Source of the DNA: a virus
Reading direction: 5' to 3' (one strand)
DNA: 64,000 bases
IMG/VR virus record: IMGVR_UViG_3300032167_002503
Within the stretch, counting starts at the first letter, position 1; every line of letters starts with the position of its first letter. This document shows, piece by piece, positions 1-11,456 of this stretch. A model generated the notes under the pieces. It saw only the letters and a list, made by a program, of their open reading frames with translations. It did no database searches and was not told the DNA's origin. Position numbers and translations under genes: made by a program.

Positions 1-1470
1 ATTCTTGTCACGTGACATAAGTGTCACCATATCTCTAGTTACTTGAATATGCTCCACTGCGAGCAGGGGTTCCTCCATATTCTGTCCCCAAAGGTTTTTC
101 ATATCACCAAGAGAGAGAATATCTTGAGGTTTGAGAGTGTTCATAGAATAGATAAAATCTACTTTGTAGCTTGGTGAAAATTCGACTTCTTGCAATACGG
201 CATCAGAGTATTGAACAAACTCGTCAAACTTTTCATCAAGAATGGATAAACCAAAAGCCTAACCATGGCCTTGTGCATAAACAACCAGACCACTATCTTC
301 GCAGAACTTGCGGAAATCCGTTAGGTCGCTCGATTTACCATACCCTCTGGCAGAACCAGACCAAGCCAAACCATCCTCCGTCTCTGTTGCGATTAGTAGC
401 GCTACTGGACGTTGGTACTCTGCCATGATTTTGTTGGCAATTAAACCCGTAATACCACGGTCAAACGCCGCCTGCCGCAATCTAATTAAAAGTAGTTTAT
501 GGTCAAGCAAGTTATCTCTTTCGATTACCTGTTTCACCTATTCTACCGCCGCATCTTGGTTGCGGGTTTGGCGATTTTTAACATTGGTACAAGTTCGTAG
601 ACTCTGGGCTAATCTTGTCTCTTGCTGGCCAGCGCATCCTCTTTTGGTAGATGGAATCATCTCCAGCGCTTTATATTCGAGCATTGATTCAAATAAAAGC
701 GTCTTTTCATCCATGGTACCCACTCTTGTTATGGCATTGATAAGAGGTACGATATAAAAGGCTACTCCGATGGGAGAAAGAACCGAGCCAATAGAATAAC
801 TATTCTTTTCTGCCATGCCTTTAATAAATGGATTGCGGAGACGTGCTAGACCTTGCTCTACGAGATAGTGAGTCTCGAAATCGCGAATATCCATCATGTC
901 TCCTACGAGACCAATGGCCACGATATCAATAAACTAGTCTACGAAACCGGGTTGCTCTAAAACTTGGTCAAGGTATTGACAGAACTTGTACACAATACCC
1001 ACACCAGATAGAGACTTGGTTGGATAGTCACATAGTTGGTTGTTGACCACACAAGCATATTCACTTACTTTATCCGCATGGTGGTGATCTAATACCAATA
1101 CGTCAATACCCTTATCGCTCAAGGTCTTATGAATGTCATAATCATTTGAGCTAGAGTCTGGAGCAATCACCAGAGTCGTATTGGGGGGAATTAGATCAAG
1201 GTTAATACCGTGCGTCTTAGTAGCGTGAAAGCTGTAAGAGAAATTATCAATGGCAGTTGGGAAAACTGCATAGATATAATTCAGTAACAAAGCACCACTT
1301 GTGTAACCATCACAGTCGCTATCAATCTAGATGTGGCCGTGGAAGTTCGGCCTGTGCAAGTTCTTAATCAAAATCTTGACGGCACTCTCGATATTATTGA
1401 GTAATGTGCATGGTAAATTATCTTCTTCTGACACATTGAGGTAGTGCTCAATATTTTCATAAGCAATTCC
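1..1470 (-). CDS. RecJ-like DHH/DHHA1 phosphoesterase (exonuclease). The C-terminus runs past the window start and the start codon is uncertain, around 1440-1470. At least 5 in-frame TAG codons, near 259-261, 538-540, 934-936, 1321-1323 and about 1500.
   Basis: Track ORFs 259..537, 538..921 and 934..1290 are collinear in one frame and separated only by TAG. A DHH motif (HHHADK / DSDCDGYTSG) and a DHHA1 GHG motif are present. Confidence 0.6.
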
Positions 1471-1803
1471 TCGATTAGTAAGAACCTATTCTAAAACACT
1501 GTATTCTGGGTTAATGGGGTTAATTAGTTCATAATCCAAGCATCTCACCGCCCTTTACTATTATTGCCAGTACCCTAACACACAATACACATCTTATAGT
1601 CTGCTGGGTCATTTGGGTCTGGCCTATCATCTTCTGCGCACGCCCTTGAGCGAAGTACTTTTCCAGTACCTCCGCAGGTTTCACAGGCTGTATTTAGCTT
1701 GCGTAATTGCTCAAGGCTTTCTCTGTATGGTTTCATTCGAGAATTAAACTCGCCTTCTTGAACACGAATTTCTCGCTCGAGCTCTCGAATGGCTGGAACT
1801 AAA

Positions 1804-2919
1804 TTAAGGCTCATAAGGCACTATCCTCTCTTTCATTAGTTGCTCAAAAATGCGAGGACCCTCATCTATAGGGGAAGCTTTATATGGCAATAACATATGT
1901 TTATCGAAGATGGCTGTTATTTTAATAGAGGTGTTGTACTTGTTGTAGAAGTGAATCAACTTGGTTTTTAGTCGCTTAAACTCGTCATCGCCAATCTCTT
2001 GAAACTGTCTATCAAAAGCGATAATCAGCTCATTAACCCCTAAATCCTTTAACATATTTACCTGATGGGTAGAAAGACTGCTACCACACACGGCCACAGA
2101 TATGTCATTCTCTGGACCATAATGTGACTGATACATCAGACAAGATTTTTCGCTCTCAAAAACCACGGCTACTCGCGCTCGCCGCAAATTCTCCTTGCTA
2201 TTATTGAGGTTGTATAAATTCATACTTAGCGGATGATTGTATAGTTGCTTACCAATCAAAAGCGGACGATACTTGCCATATCTATCAGCTTCATCTGCCG
2301 CCAATGCTCTACCTCTTATACCAATTAGTCTTCCGTTAATGTCAAAGTGAGGAATGGTAATCTGCTCTCCACCGGGATAATAACCAATATAATTGCGGCG
2401 GGCGGTTTCGGCGGAAATACCCTCTCTTTCCCAGCCTGCAATTCTTGGATAAGCAAACCTTGTAAGGATGCTCTTGTCATATTCTGGGAGAGACACCTCG
2501 CGCGACATACCTACTGGCCGCAGTTCATGTCGCTTAAAGACTTGCCAATCTTCCAGCTCTTGTTTATCGTTATCCGGCGCCTCGACACCGTTTATACCAA
2601 AGTAACTTGCGATGTAATCCATTGCATCATATAGTTCTTGCTCTTGATTATACTGTATCTTTCTTACCTTGATATATAGCTCGAATATGTCAAATCTATC
2701 GTCACAATGAGTGTAACAGCTAAACAGCCGTGTGTTCTCATAGTAATAGAGCTTTCTGGAGCCAACGCCTGGCTTATTATGACAGATGGTTTGGGAGACG
2801 AGCCCTTTGTCGGTATATTCGGGCTCGCCGCCCCAAGCTTCTATCAAGTCATAAATCTGCTCAAGCTCTAGCTGTTGTTTAAGCTCTTCTTTGTTATAAT
2901 AACGAGAAGAGACTGCCAT
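1804..2919 (-). CDS. DNA primase (TOPRIM domain, DnaG-like)
   Basis: 371-aa ORF with a TOPRIM-like VVFESEKS...AFDRQ segment, located directly upstream of the helicase. Confidence 0.55.
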   Translation of the reverse strand: MAVSSRYYNKEELKQQLELEQIYDLIEAWGGEPEYTDKGLVSQTICHNKPGVGSRKLYYYENTRLFSCYTHCDDRFDIFELYIKVRKIQYNQEQELYDAMDYIASYFGINGVEAPDNDKQELEDWQVFKRHELRPVGMSREVSLPEYDKSILTRFAYPRIAGWEREGISAETARRNYIGYYPGGEQITIPHFDINGRLIGIRGRALAADEADRYGKYRPLLIGKQLYNHPLSMNLYNLNNSKENLRRARVAVVFESEKSCLMYQSHYGPENDISVAVCGSSLSTHQVNMLKDLGVNELIIAFDRQFQEIGDDEFKRLKTKLIHFYNKYNTSIKITAIFDKHMLLPYKASPIDEGPRIFEQLMKERIVPYEP

Positions 2920-3110
2920 TACACATCAACAACTTGGATGGAAGTTACCTTTCCTCTCAAGCCATGCTGTTCGTTCAAATAAGACATGGCATACTGATAG
3001 GGATTTTGCTTTTTCTCTGCCTCGTTGCGAGTAGACAAGATGCCATCAAACATCTTCTTGGTCATCTGATAACCAATAGCTTTCTCATTCTTTAACATAA
3101 GCGTTCTCCT

Positions 3111-4649
3111 TTACTTTTGTTCCCAAGCTGCTGGGCCTTCGTCAATCACAACTTTAATATCTTCAATGCTTAGCATTTCCAATCGCCAGTTCGTGCAAAA
3201 TTGTGGATGTATGCGGCAAGTGCCCAAATCCGCCGCACACCATAAGAAACAACCTTTATATCTACCTCTACGGTTTTTATAAATCGAGAGTTTGATGTTT
3301 GGTCGTTGGAGATTTTTATTAGAGTCAAGGATAGGCTCAAGTTTTGTTAGGTCTTCATCAGTTACTCCCAACAAAATCATACCTACGTCGATTCTGTCCG
3401 CAATACTCTTAGCGCCACGAAGCAAGTTTTGGTCCGGTGTTTCAGAGTCTTTGTAATCACCATTCAGCTGAGTGGCTGACATGATAAAGATGCCATATTT
3501 ATTTGCCAAATCTTTTAGTCTAGCAGACAGCATAAAGAGGATATTATCTTCACGCAATCTAACTCCACCGGCACGTCTGGTAATTTCTTCGAGAATCTTG
3601 AGTGAAGTTTGAATATAGTCAAACAATACATACTTCACGTCATGGTCACGAATGTTCTTTTTTATCTTGTTCTCAACATCCTGGAGAGAAAAGTCTGGAA
3701 GTTCTTCTATCCAGATAGGACTTTCTCTCAAGATACGTGCGGCCTCCAGAACTCTTTCGCGCTCGTCATCTTGATATTGACCATTCAAGATATGCTCCTC
3801 ATTGACATTAGACAAGAACGCGAGCATCATCGTCTGGACTTCGGATTTATCTTGCTCTGTCGCTATGAACAAAGTCGGCTCGCAAGTTCCATTCTTAATC
3901 CACCCGAATTGCTCGTGATATATCTTATTGCACGCAAAATTGCAAGCATCTGCAATCATAGATCTCGTCTTACCGGTGCCAGTAGCGGCCGACCGCAAAT
4001 AAAACTTTCGCAATCTTGCTCCTCTTGTTGCGGTGTTGATTAACTCGCCATAAAGTGGAATACCAATCTCGGGGTGCTTCTCCAGGTCTTCAACCAATTC
4101 AACAATACCGTCACCAGCTTGATAACCCAATCCTAGGTCATCTTCCACATACTTGCCACGAATTTCGTCTATTGTTTTATCAATAACATCTGCAATATCA
4201 ATTAGGGAGGTATTATCCAACCAGTCCTCTTGCTTCTGACGCTTCTGTAAATCAATAACTTCATCTGGGTCATACAGGAAGGATACATCCATTACCTGGT
4301 CATATGCGCGCAGTAAAGTGAATTTCTTTAGGCGATTATAGTAGTAATTAAAAGTATCTTCTCTAGCGTTCTTTGCCGCTTCCATTAGATACTCAATACC
4401 TTTATTTTGAGTGAAGATTTTCTCAAATTTCGGACGATTTGCAAGATAGTCAATGATAGCATCTATGTTCACCTTACTACCAGTCAAGTGAATATTATAA
4501 ATACTACCAAACACAATCTTGTGAAAGTCCTCAATGAAATCCTCTTCATGGATGATGTACTTATCAGTATCATCAAGAATAGAGGCGTTATTTAGTACGC
4601 AACCAATTACCTGTGTAATGGCTGCAACGTCCACATATCCAGTCTTCAT
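3111..4649 (-). CDS. replicative DNA helicase (DnaB-like)
   Basis: 512 aa with Walker A TGTGKT, Walker B LFDYIQ and RecA-like C-terminal helicase motifs. Confidence 0.7.
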   Translation of the reverse strand: MKTGYVDVAAITQVIGCVLNNASILDDTDKYIIHEEDFIEDFHKIVFGSIYNIHLTGSKVNIDAIIDYLANRPKFEKIFTQNKGIEYLMEAAKNAREDTFNYYYNRLKKFTLLRAYDQVMDVSFLYDPDEVIDLQKRQKQEDWLDNTSLIDIADVIDKTIDEIRGKYVEDDLGLGYQAGDGIVELVEDLEKHPEIGIPLYGELINTATRGARLRKFYLRSAATGTGKTRSMIADACNFACNKIYHEQFGWIKNGTCEPTLFIATEQDKSEVQTMMLAFLSNVNEEHILNGQYQDDERERVLEAARILRESPIWIEELPDFSLQDVENKIKKNIRDHDVKYVLFDYIQTSLKILEEITRRAGGVRLREDNILFMLSARLKDLANKYGIFIMSATQLNGDYKDSETPDQNLLRGAKSIADRIDVGMILLGVTDEDLTKLEPILDSNKNLQRPNIKLSIYKNRRGRYKGCFLWCAADLGTCRIHPQFCTNWRLEMLSIEDIKVVIDEGPAAWEQK

Positions 4650-5173
4650 TCTTCTGCCTCCTCGTCTAAAAAGCTAAATAATTTGCGAGTATGCTTCATA
4701 GGTTGGCGCTGAGGAGGCTGTATATGTATCTCTCTAGTCGGTAACACAAAGTTTTTAATTTCAATACCCGTGTTTTGCTGTTGCGCTTCCCATAGTGCTC
4801 GCCAATATATCAGTGCGTCATTCCACACAAAGGGGATGATACCTATACCCCCGTTAGCTTTTTCTATTGAGCCTTTCTTTATCTCGAAATGATACTTCAA
4901 AGACTTATACATTCCGCTGTAACTATAATTCTTGTCTTTGTGAAAGGTGTCTATCTGTTTTCTAATTTTTGGAGAGATAGAGCTAATTCCAAATAAGCTC
5001 TTGATATAACTTTCCAATAACTCTTTATCTTTCTGCTCTTTTGTTTTGCTCTGTTCAGCGGTCTCTGCACAAGCCTTATGAGCGTAACGTCTTGCGTTAA
5101 TCATTACATAAGGTTCTACATTGGCGTCAAACTGTTGATTGCATATGGGACACTTCACGATATGCTTAGCCAT
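4646..5173 (-). CDS. hypothetical protein with N-terminal Zn-ribbon
   Basis: CPICNQ...HKAC motif. The promoter motif lies upstream at about 5195-5235. Confidence 0.4.
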   Translation of the reverse strand: MAKHIVKCPICNQQFDANVEPYVMINARRYAHKACAETAEQSKTKEQKDKELLESYIKSLFGISSISPKIRKQIDTFHKDKNYSYSGMYKSLKYHFEIKKGSIEKANGGIGIIPFVWNDALIYWRALWEAQQQNTGIEIKNFVLPTREIHIQPPQRQPMKHTRKLFSFLDEEAEE

Positions 5174-5271
5174 TCATTACGCTCCTTTCTTTCCTTATAA
5201 ATATAATAACATATTTATCGTGAAAAATCAAAGAAGGAGAGTACTACCTAGAGCACTCTCCTTCTCCTCTA

Positions 5272-6237
5272 TCAACCTTTCAGCAAGGCCTTCAAATCGC
5301 TTACGATTAAATCTAGCTGCTCAGATTGCTCGGGTACGCACTCTGCAACCTTTTTACCCTTACCAAGATAACGCTCAACAATAGCAGTAATCTTGCTAGA
5401 GTTAGACTGGTTAGCAGTCATCAGCTCACCAACCAACTCCTGGAACTCTTTGGTAAGAGCGTCGAAGTCATATGTGGGAGCAACTGGCATTGTAATCTTT
5501 TCGTCGGTTACAAACTTGCCACCGGTCTCTGCGGCCTCCTTGTCGATAGCGCCTTGCAGTGCCTTGACAAGTTCGTGGTAGTTTGTGGTAATCTCATTGG
5601 GGATATACTTGAAGCGGCAACCGCACTCAATAGAACCATCAGAGCAACGTAGGGTTAGCACAGAAGGTTCATCCTTGCGGACCTGGTGAGCATATCCATA
5701 TACATCGGCCATACCTGCGATTACGGTTCTCACAGAGTTAGACAAAGCAGGACGAACAATAGTGCGAGCATCTGCTCCTTCGCCTATTGTAACTTCCTTG
5801 TCGTGACCGATGAAGAATACGGCATATCCCAGCTGAGTAAGACCTCTAAAGACGTCGTTAAACTCGTCCTTGAACTTAGTCCAGCCTTTGCCGTAACCAA
5901 GATCACCAAGGTCTTCAATGTCGTTTTGGGAACAGATATACTTCTTACATCTGTCTGCGGCAATGTCGACTGTGTCAACGATAACCGCGTTAAAGTGTGC
6001 TCTTACCTCTGGCTTTTTCAGCTCACGGTAAGCCTGTTTCATTTCACTCCAAGAGGTAATGTCCTGAGCGACAACACCAGGAAGTGCGTGATAACCAGGC
6101 TCAAATGCCAGAAGTAAGGCTCCTTCCATCTATGTGGCAAGAGTGGTCTTACCAGTCTTAGGAGCACCATAGATGTAGGTGATATAACCGCTCAAGTCGC
6201 GGCTAACTTTATGTGGCTGTAGACTCAATAAATCCAT
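5272..6237 (-). CDS. Sak4-like / AAA_24 RecA-fold ATPase (ssDNA annealing helper) with an in-frame TAG at 6130-6132
   Basis: The upstream extension encodes Walker A YGAPKTGKTTLAT, then TAG, then MEGALL... in the same frame, followed by GYGKGW. Confidence 0.6.
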
Positions 6238-6292
6238 AACGCTCTCTCCTTTACTTTATTGTTTAAGATATAAGGGTCAATTGACCCTTATA

Positions 6293-7249
6293 TCAAAAAT
6301 TGTAATCGCCCTTGGCGGGTGCAGTAGGTGCACTAGCCTTGGCAAGAGCGTTATTCTTAGAAGCCTGATACTCGTCCTGACGCTTCTTCACATCAGCCAG
6401 GTCAACTTCACGCTGAGCGAGAGCAGCAGACAGCTCAGAAGCGAGGATGCCATCCTCAGAGTCCCACTCGTAAGTTTCCACAGCAGCCCAGTTGATTACG
6501 AAATCACGCTGAGAGCTACGAGTCTCCTTAACGATGGTACCACCGAATGCGCTCTCCTCTTCCTTCTTGCGAACCACGGTCTGGGAAATCTGCTTACCCT
6601 GAACGCGGGTAAAGACAGGAGACTTGCCAGTGGCACCAAGGTTCTCGAAGTAATCAAGAGCTGCGGCAGGAGCGTGAGGCTCATACACGCTGAACTCAAC
6701 AGGCAGAACAGCCTTGCGGAAGTTGAAGATGTAACCCTTAACAATAACCTTCTCGGGAGTATCCTTCTCGGGATCAGCCTCCACACGCTTTACGCCGGTA
6801 ATGACCATATCCACATCGAAAGTGGCGCGCTGAGCCTCGTCACAAAGCTCAGAAGTCTGATGGACGAAACCGCCCTCATTACGCTTCACAGAAACCAGCT
6901 GATTGTCGTTACGAGTGTCATACCACTCGTTCAAATCAATAGCGGTGTCAATACGGAGCTTGCCGGCATTCTCCTTGCCATGCTCCATAGCGCTGCCAAT
7001 CTTACCGTCGATGACAGACTGGAGAATGTTAAAGGTTGCATTGGGCTTACCATTCTTGGTGGTAGCGGTTACATAAGAGAAGTGGACCTGAACAACGTTG
7101 AGCATCTCGTCGTCGGTTGCCACAGAGATAGTACCGTTAATGAACTCGGTACCAGGATTCTTGGAATTGGGGCCAGAAACCTTCTTCTCCAGGCTGTGCT
7201 CATACAGACGACCTTCGATATGGGCGTTATTATTCATGACTTTCTTCAT
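6293..7249 (-). CDS. putative ssDNA-binding protein
   Basis: 318 aa with an acidic C-terminal tail (DYNF) in a replication-module context. No strong motif. Confidence 0.3.
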   Translation of the reverse strand: MKKVMNNNAHIEGRLYEHSLEKKVSGPNSKNPGTEFINGTISVATDDEMLNVVQVHFSYVTATTKNGKPNATFNILQSVIDGKIGSAMEHGKENAGKLRIDTAIDLNEWYDTRNDNQLVSVKRNEGGFVHQTSELCDEAQRATFDVDMVITGVKRVEADPEKDTPEKVIVKGYIFNFRKAVLPVEFSVYEPHAPAAALDYFENLGATGKSPVFTRVQGKQISQTVVRKKEEESAFGGTIVKETRSSQRDFVINWAAVETYEWDSEDGILASELSAALAQREVDLADVKKRQDEYQASKNNALAKASAPTAPAKGDYNF

Positions 7250-7268
7250 TGCTTGAACTCTCCTTTAA

Positions 7269-7658
7269 TTATTCGTTTTCTTGCAAATTTTCTTTGTACT
7301 CAATGATATTGAACTCTTTTCCCTTAGAGGAAAGAGAGTAGATGACGGGATTTTGTCCCGCCTTATCGACGAAACCGTCAGTGCACAACTTGCGGATTGC
7401 GCCTGAAACCTTGCGAGAAGACACTCCCATGCCATCCGCAATATCCTTTGCCTTGTGGGAAGTATTGGAACTACCCTGCAAGTATTCAAGGATTTCCAGG
7501 CCAGCCTCAGTGAACATAGGCTTCTCTTTAACCTCCTGCGACTTCAAGCTGTTATAAACCTGCTGAACCTCATCGGGGATAATCACAGGCTCTTTACAGT
7601 TAGCCACAAGGTAGTCAAAAAAATCAGTAAACTGCTCGTACTTGTTCATCGTCATCAA
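7269..7658 (-). CDS. winged-helix transcriptional regulator (MarR-like)
   Basis: C-terminal wHTH with KDIADGMGVSSRKVSGAIRKL. Confidence 0.45.
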   Translation of the reverse strand: MMTMNKYEQFTDFFDYLVANCKEPVIIPDEVQQVYNSLKSQEVKEKPMFTEAGLEILEYLQGSSNTSHKAKDIADGMGVSSRKVSGAIRKLCTDGFVDKAGQNPVIYSLSSKGKEFNIIEYKENLQENE

Positions 7659-7707
7659 CCTCTTCTTTTATGTTATATACATATAATAACATATAATTAG
7701 AAGAAAA

Positions 7708-8334
7708 TCAATCAATGACAATGTCATCGAACAATACAGGGATATTGTCCTTGCACATTTGTAGTGCCATCAAAGCTACTTCGCGCATCTGCGGATGGGC
7801 AGCCTTGGCACAACGCAGTTTGAAAAAGTGTCTCCACTCTCGGATATTTGCGGTCATGACAACCTCAGTTTTGAGGCTGTTAGGAAGCACGCTTCTTGCC
7901 TCCTGAGGGCTACAGCCCGCCGCAAGCATATTAAAGTATCTCTCTTCTGTCTCTGTACAAGCTTCGTACCATTCTCCATAGGCGGGGCTTGCTTCATCGA
8001 GGAAGCATGGGTCAATGACAGTAATCTCATTGCCAAAGCCGTCCTTGGAATAGTTACAATAGCGGGTAGATTCTTGACAGTAAGAGGCTACACGATGTCT
8101 TACAATCTCGTGGCTTACACCACGGTCACAAATGAATTTAAGGGTAAAGCTGCAATGCTCGATAACTGCTTCATGACCTCTCTTGATGAGGCCGGCAACG
8201 AACTTTTCAGCGCTTCCATCGGTGATTTTATCTTCGCTTTTATAGCAAACGCGGCCACACTATTCAATGGCCTTGAGCATCGCTGCTCCATCAATAGGAG
8301 TCATGAACTCAACACTTGGTTTGATAATCTTCAT
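7708..8334 (-). CDS. thyX: flavin-dependent thymidylate synthase ThyX with an in-frame TAG near 8258-8260
   Basis: ThyX signature RHRVASYCQES, and a C-terminal region that matches ThyX. The N-terminal 25 aa lie upstream of the TAG in the same frame. Confidence 0.7.
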
Positions 8335-8337
8335 ATT

Positions 8338-8622
8338 TTATTCCTCACTTATTGTATATCCGATGATGGGACTGCTACCGCTGTAAAGAGCAAGGAAGGT
8401 TTCAAGTTCATCAATGACGATTTTCTTCTCACCTTGTCCTCGCAGGAAATTGCTTAAATATTGACCGTAACTCATAAAGTTAAGACCAATAATACCATAT
8501 CCATGCGCTTTAACCTCCATGGCGGTAGGATTTCCGCACACGAAAACAGCATTATTTTCTTTCGCAAATTCCATCAATCGTTTAGTTTTACCTGTTCCGC
8601 GACCTTCAATAATTCTAGTCAT
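8338..8622 (-). CDS. small P-loop protein
   Basis: GRGTGKTKRL Walker A motif. Confidence 0.35.
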   Translation of the reverse strand: MTRIIEGRGTGKTKRLMEFAKENNAVFVCGNPTAMEVKAHGYGIIGLNFMSYGQYLSNFLRGQGEKKIVIDELETFLALYSGSSPIIGYTISEE

Positions 8623-9035
8623 TATGCTCCGCCTTTCGTACTATTAAGTCCAAATTCCTTGGTCTTATAAAAATCTATCCAATATACCTCACGCTCATTA
8701 AGCTTATCTCGAGGAACTTGTTCAAGTACCTCGAAAGTGAAGTTAAACTGTCCAGACTTTTGCATTGTCTGATATAGACGATTGGTAGAAACTCCGTGAG
8801 CAAGAGAGGCTTTAATGTGTTGACGAAAACGCTCTCTTATATCAACGCTCTGTCCGATGTAAGCAAGCCCGCTGGTTAAATCAGTTATCTTGTAAATACC
8901 GGAAGTCTTAGTAGTTGCGGGAATCCCGTTGAACAAATGCGACATTAAAACATCATATGCTGGGCGATAATAGGTTTCGTAGATAACTTTATCTACACTA
9001 TCCTTCTTGATAAGGTGCTTCTGCAAATCTCTCAA
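8622..9035 (-). CDS. GIY-YIG endonuclease
   Basis: GIYKI...YIGQS...R...H motif. Confidence 0.55.
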   Translation of the reverse strand: MRDLQKHLIKKDSVDKVIYETYYRPAYDVLMSHLFNGIPATTKTSGIYKITDLTSGLAYIGQSVDIRERFRQHIKASLAHGVSTNRLYQTMQKSGQFNFTFEVLEQVPRDKLNEREVYWIDFYKTKEFGLNSTKGGA

Positions 9036-9548
9036 TAAAGAAATGTCACTCTTATCATCATCGCTAATAGCAAGACGGTAATAATCACACTAACTATCCA
9101 TTTCTTCCTATCTCTGTCGTGCTTGGATATAAGCAAGCTGCTTGTCTTCCAAATCCTTGAGCTAATGCGCTTCTCTTTCTTTGCGTGAAACGATAATTGC
9201 AATTTGCTTCTCGATTTCCGCGGAAGTGGCGGCCTAATATTCCTTAAGCTTGATTTCAAGCTCAGCTTTCTTGACCTCATACTCCTCTTGAGCACGCTTT
9301 GAAGCGCCCTGCCGCATTTCATCGGCTGTTTTAGACAAAGACTCGACAATCTCTTTTTGAGTTACAAGAGTTTGACTTACCTGCTCTAGTTCTTGCCTTT
9401 TGTTATCTAGCTCTTGCTAAACAACCCTATTCTAGAAGATAGTTTCCGCGTTTGCGGCCACTATCTCGATATGTTTGCGTTTTAGGTGATATGCGTATAG
9501 ACCGAGGCTAACTATCACTACTAACGCGATAATAAGTGCCACTGTCAT
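9036..9548 (-). CDS. TAG-dense membrane coiled-coil protein (N-terminal TM helix; 6 in-frame TAG). Candidate lysis or late regulatory protein.
   Basis: ATG at 9548. A TM segment TVALIIALVVIVSLGLY is followed by a coiled coil in one frame interrupted only by TAG. No standard-code ORF is called here. Confidence 0.4.
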
Positions 9549-9597
9549 GGCATAAAAGAAAGTCGGTAAGAAGTTTCCCTCTTACCGACTGAATCAA

Positions 9598-9861
9598 TTA
9601 CTCAGCAGCATCAGGGTCAAATGCTAAGCCTGCCTCGGTGAGACGCAGATACTTGACCTTCTGATGGGAATTGTCGGCAAGGGTAATTTCAGCCTCTTCA
9701 CGGAAGCCAAGCTGCTTACGCTGAATGGCGGAAGTAAAAATGCCATCAACCTGGCGCTTCTCGAGACCAAGAGTTTCAGCAACTTCAGCCGCTGTCAGGT
9801 CCTTACCATGATTCTCCTTAAGATAATTCAGAACTGCAAGTGTATTAGGTTTCATAGCCAT
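9598..9861 (-). CDS. small DNA-binding protein (HTH)
   Basis: 87-aa ORF with a helix-turn-helix-like region LTAAEVAETLGL. Confidence 0.35.
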   Translation of the reverse strand: MAMKPNTLAVLNYLKENHGKDLTAAEVAETLGLEKRQVDGIFTSAIQRKQLGFREEAEITLADNSHQKVKYLRLTEAGLAFDPDAAE

Positions 9862-10150
9862 AGTGATTTCTCTCCTTAATCATTCTTTTGATGCCATCTG
9901 CTGAACCATAATGTCAACTTCAAGCATAACGTTGATACCGTCAGGCAGGGCCGCAATTTGATTTGTGAGTTGCATAATGCGACGTTCGGCCTGACTCTTT
10001 TCTTCTGTTGAGGAAGTCTTGCTGGAATGCACCAGTTCGCAATCATAAATCTCTTTAGCAAGCTTCCTCATTTGCTTTCGAGTCATAAACTCTCTGTCCC
10101 TTCGTTTATTCCTGATTACGAATATATAATAACTTATTTTTTTTCTTTAG

Positions 10151-11353
10151 TCAAAATACCTCGTTAATCAGACACTCATGAGGGTTTTTATCATCTCTCA
10201 TGCACTTAAAAACAGGATGACGCAAAGTTTTTTCCTTGCGGTCAATGCTCATACAATCAAGAGAGCAGACGTGGCCAACATAATTTTCTGGTGTCTCAGT
10301 CATCTGTCTACGCATTTCATCGGTAATACCAGATGATACCGTACCAAGCTCAACTAGTTTTCCTTCGTCATTATATGCACCAATGCCGATAGAGGTGTGC
10401 CAACCCAAATAATAAGGTTTAGTGACAGGCGTATAAAATTTGTCTTTGTCTTCAACCCCAAATACCGAGTGTTTATTGTTCTTATAGTGGAAGTAGTAAT
10501 TACCTTCAACTAATTCTGGATTGCCCCAACCTCCAAAACAATGGTCTTCTTCAAAGCAATCATAGAATGTGGGAGTCTGTCTCTCCCAATAGGGCCATGT
10601 TTCAATATCCTTGCCAGTATATTCTCTGGTAGGTTCAATGGTGCGTGTAATCACCAAATCAATAGAGTCCATCTGCTTGCACTTAATCGTATCCCATGCA
10701 GGTCTCTTACCTGGTGTATATGGAGCATTGCGCTTCTTCAAAACAGCACCTTCTCCACCTGCTTTTAAGATACGAGACACCTCTGCTTCGAGGTTTTCTT
10801 CAACCTTTTCAGCAAGTCTCAAGAAATCGTAGGAATCAAGAGAGTGAAGATTCCAGATTGCTTGAAGAATTCTATATCGTGTTTCTGCCCCTTCATTTAC
10901 AAGACTGACACCGTCATATGCCAGAATATCGTGGCAGTAGTAATGAATATTACCCTCTTTCTGCTGACGACGAATTGCTTCGGCAGAAAGGCAACCCATA
11001 ATGTGCGTCACATCTTTACTGGTACCACCTGGAACGTGGATTTCACCAATAATAATTGTACCTGCGGGAAGGCAGCTAAAAGCGTCTATAATGTGAGGTA
11101 CATTGCCACCCTTTTCCGTGAGAATGCCCGTAGTCTTACTTACTGTTCGACCGAACAAGTAAGAGAAGTTATCGGTTTTTACAAACTGATACCATGCTCC
11201 GTCGATTTTCTCTTCCAGAAAATACTCCCCGTTGGAACATACTTCAGATAGCATATACTCCTTACCTGCGGGCAGCTTCCAACAGAGCATAGGCTCAAAC
11301 ATCAGATTTTCTGCTTCGGGATATAATTCATGTATTTTAGCTTTATCAAACAT
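10151..11353 (-). CDS. ATP-dependent DNA ligase
   Basis: Nucleotidyltransferase motif I KIDGAW, motif IV EGAVLK and motif V KCKQ. Confidence 0.65.
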   Translation of the reverse strand: MFDKAKIHELYPEAENLMFEPMLCWKLPAGKEYMLSEVCSNGEYFLEEKIDGAWYQFVKTDNFSYLFGRTVSKTTGILTEKGGNVPHIIDAFSCLPAGTIIIGEIHVPGGTSKDVTHIMGCLSAEAIRRQQKEGNIHYYCHDILAYDGVSLVNEGAETRYRILQAIWNLHSLDSYDFLRLAEKVEENLEAEVSRILKAGGEGAVLKKRNAPYTPGKRPAWDTIKCKQMDSIDLVITRTIEPTREYTGKDIETWPYWERQTPTFYDCFEEDHCFGGWGNPELVEGNYYFHYKNNKHSVFGVEDKDKFYTPVTKPYYLGWHTSIGIGAYNDEGKLVELGTVSSGITDEMRRQMTETPENYVGHVCSLDCMSIDRKEKTLRHPVFKCMRDDKNPHECLINEVF

Positions 11354-11456
11354 TTATCTCACCTCTTTAAGAGATATAAACCTCTTATATATAATTATAA
11401 AATATAAAAGAGGGTTTGTCAAGCGAGAGCGCTTTTTATCACGCTCTCGCTCAAAC

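Noticed and set aside
6281-7306. 341-aa plus-strand ORF
   Set aside because: Antisense to the 6293..7249 minus-strand gene. No motifs and no promoter motif in the right orientation.
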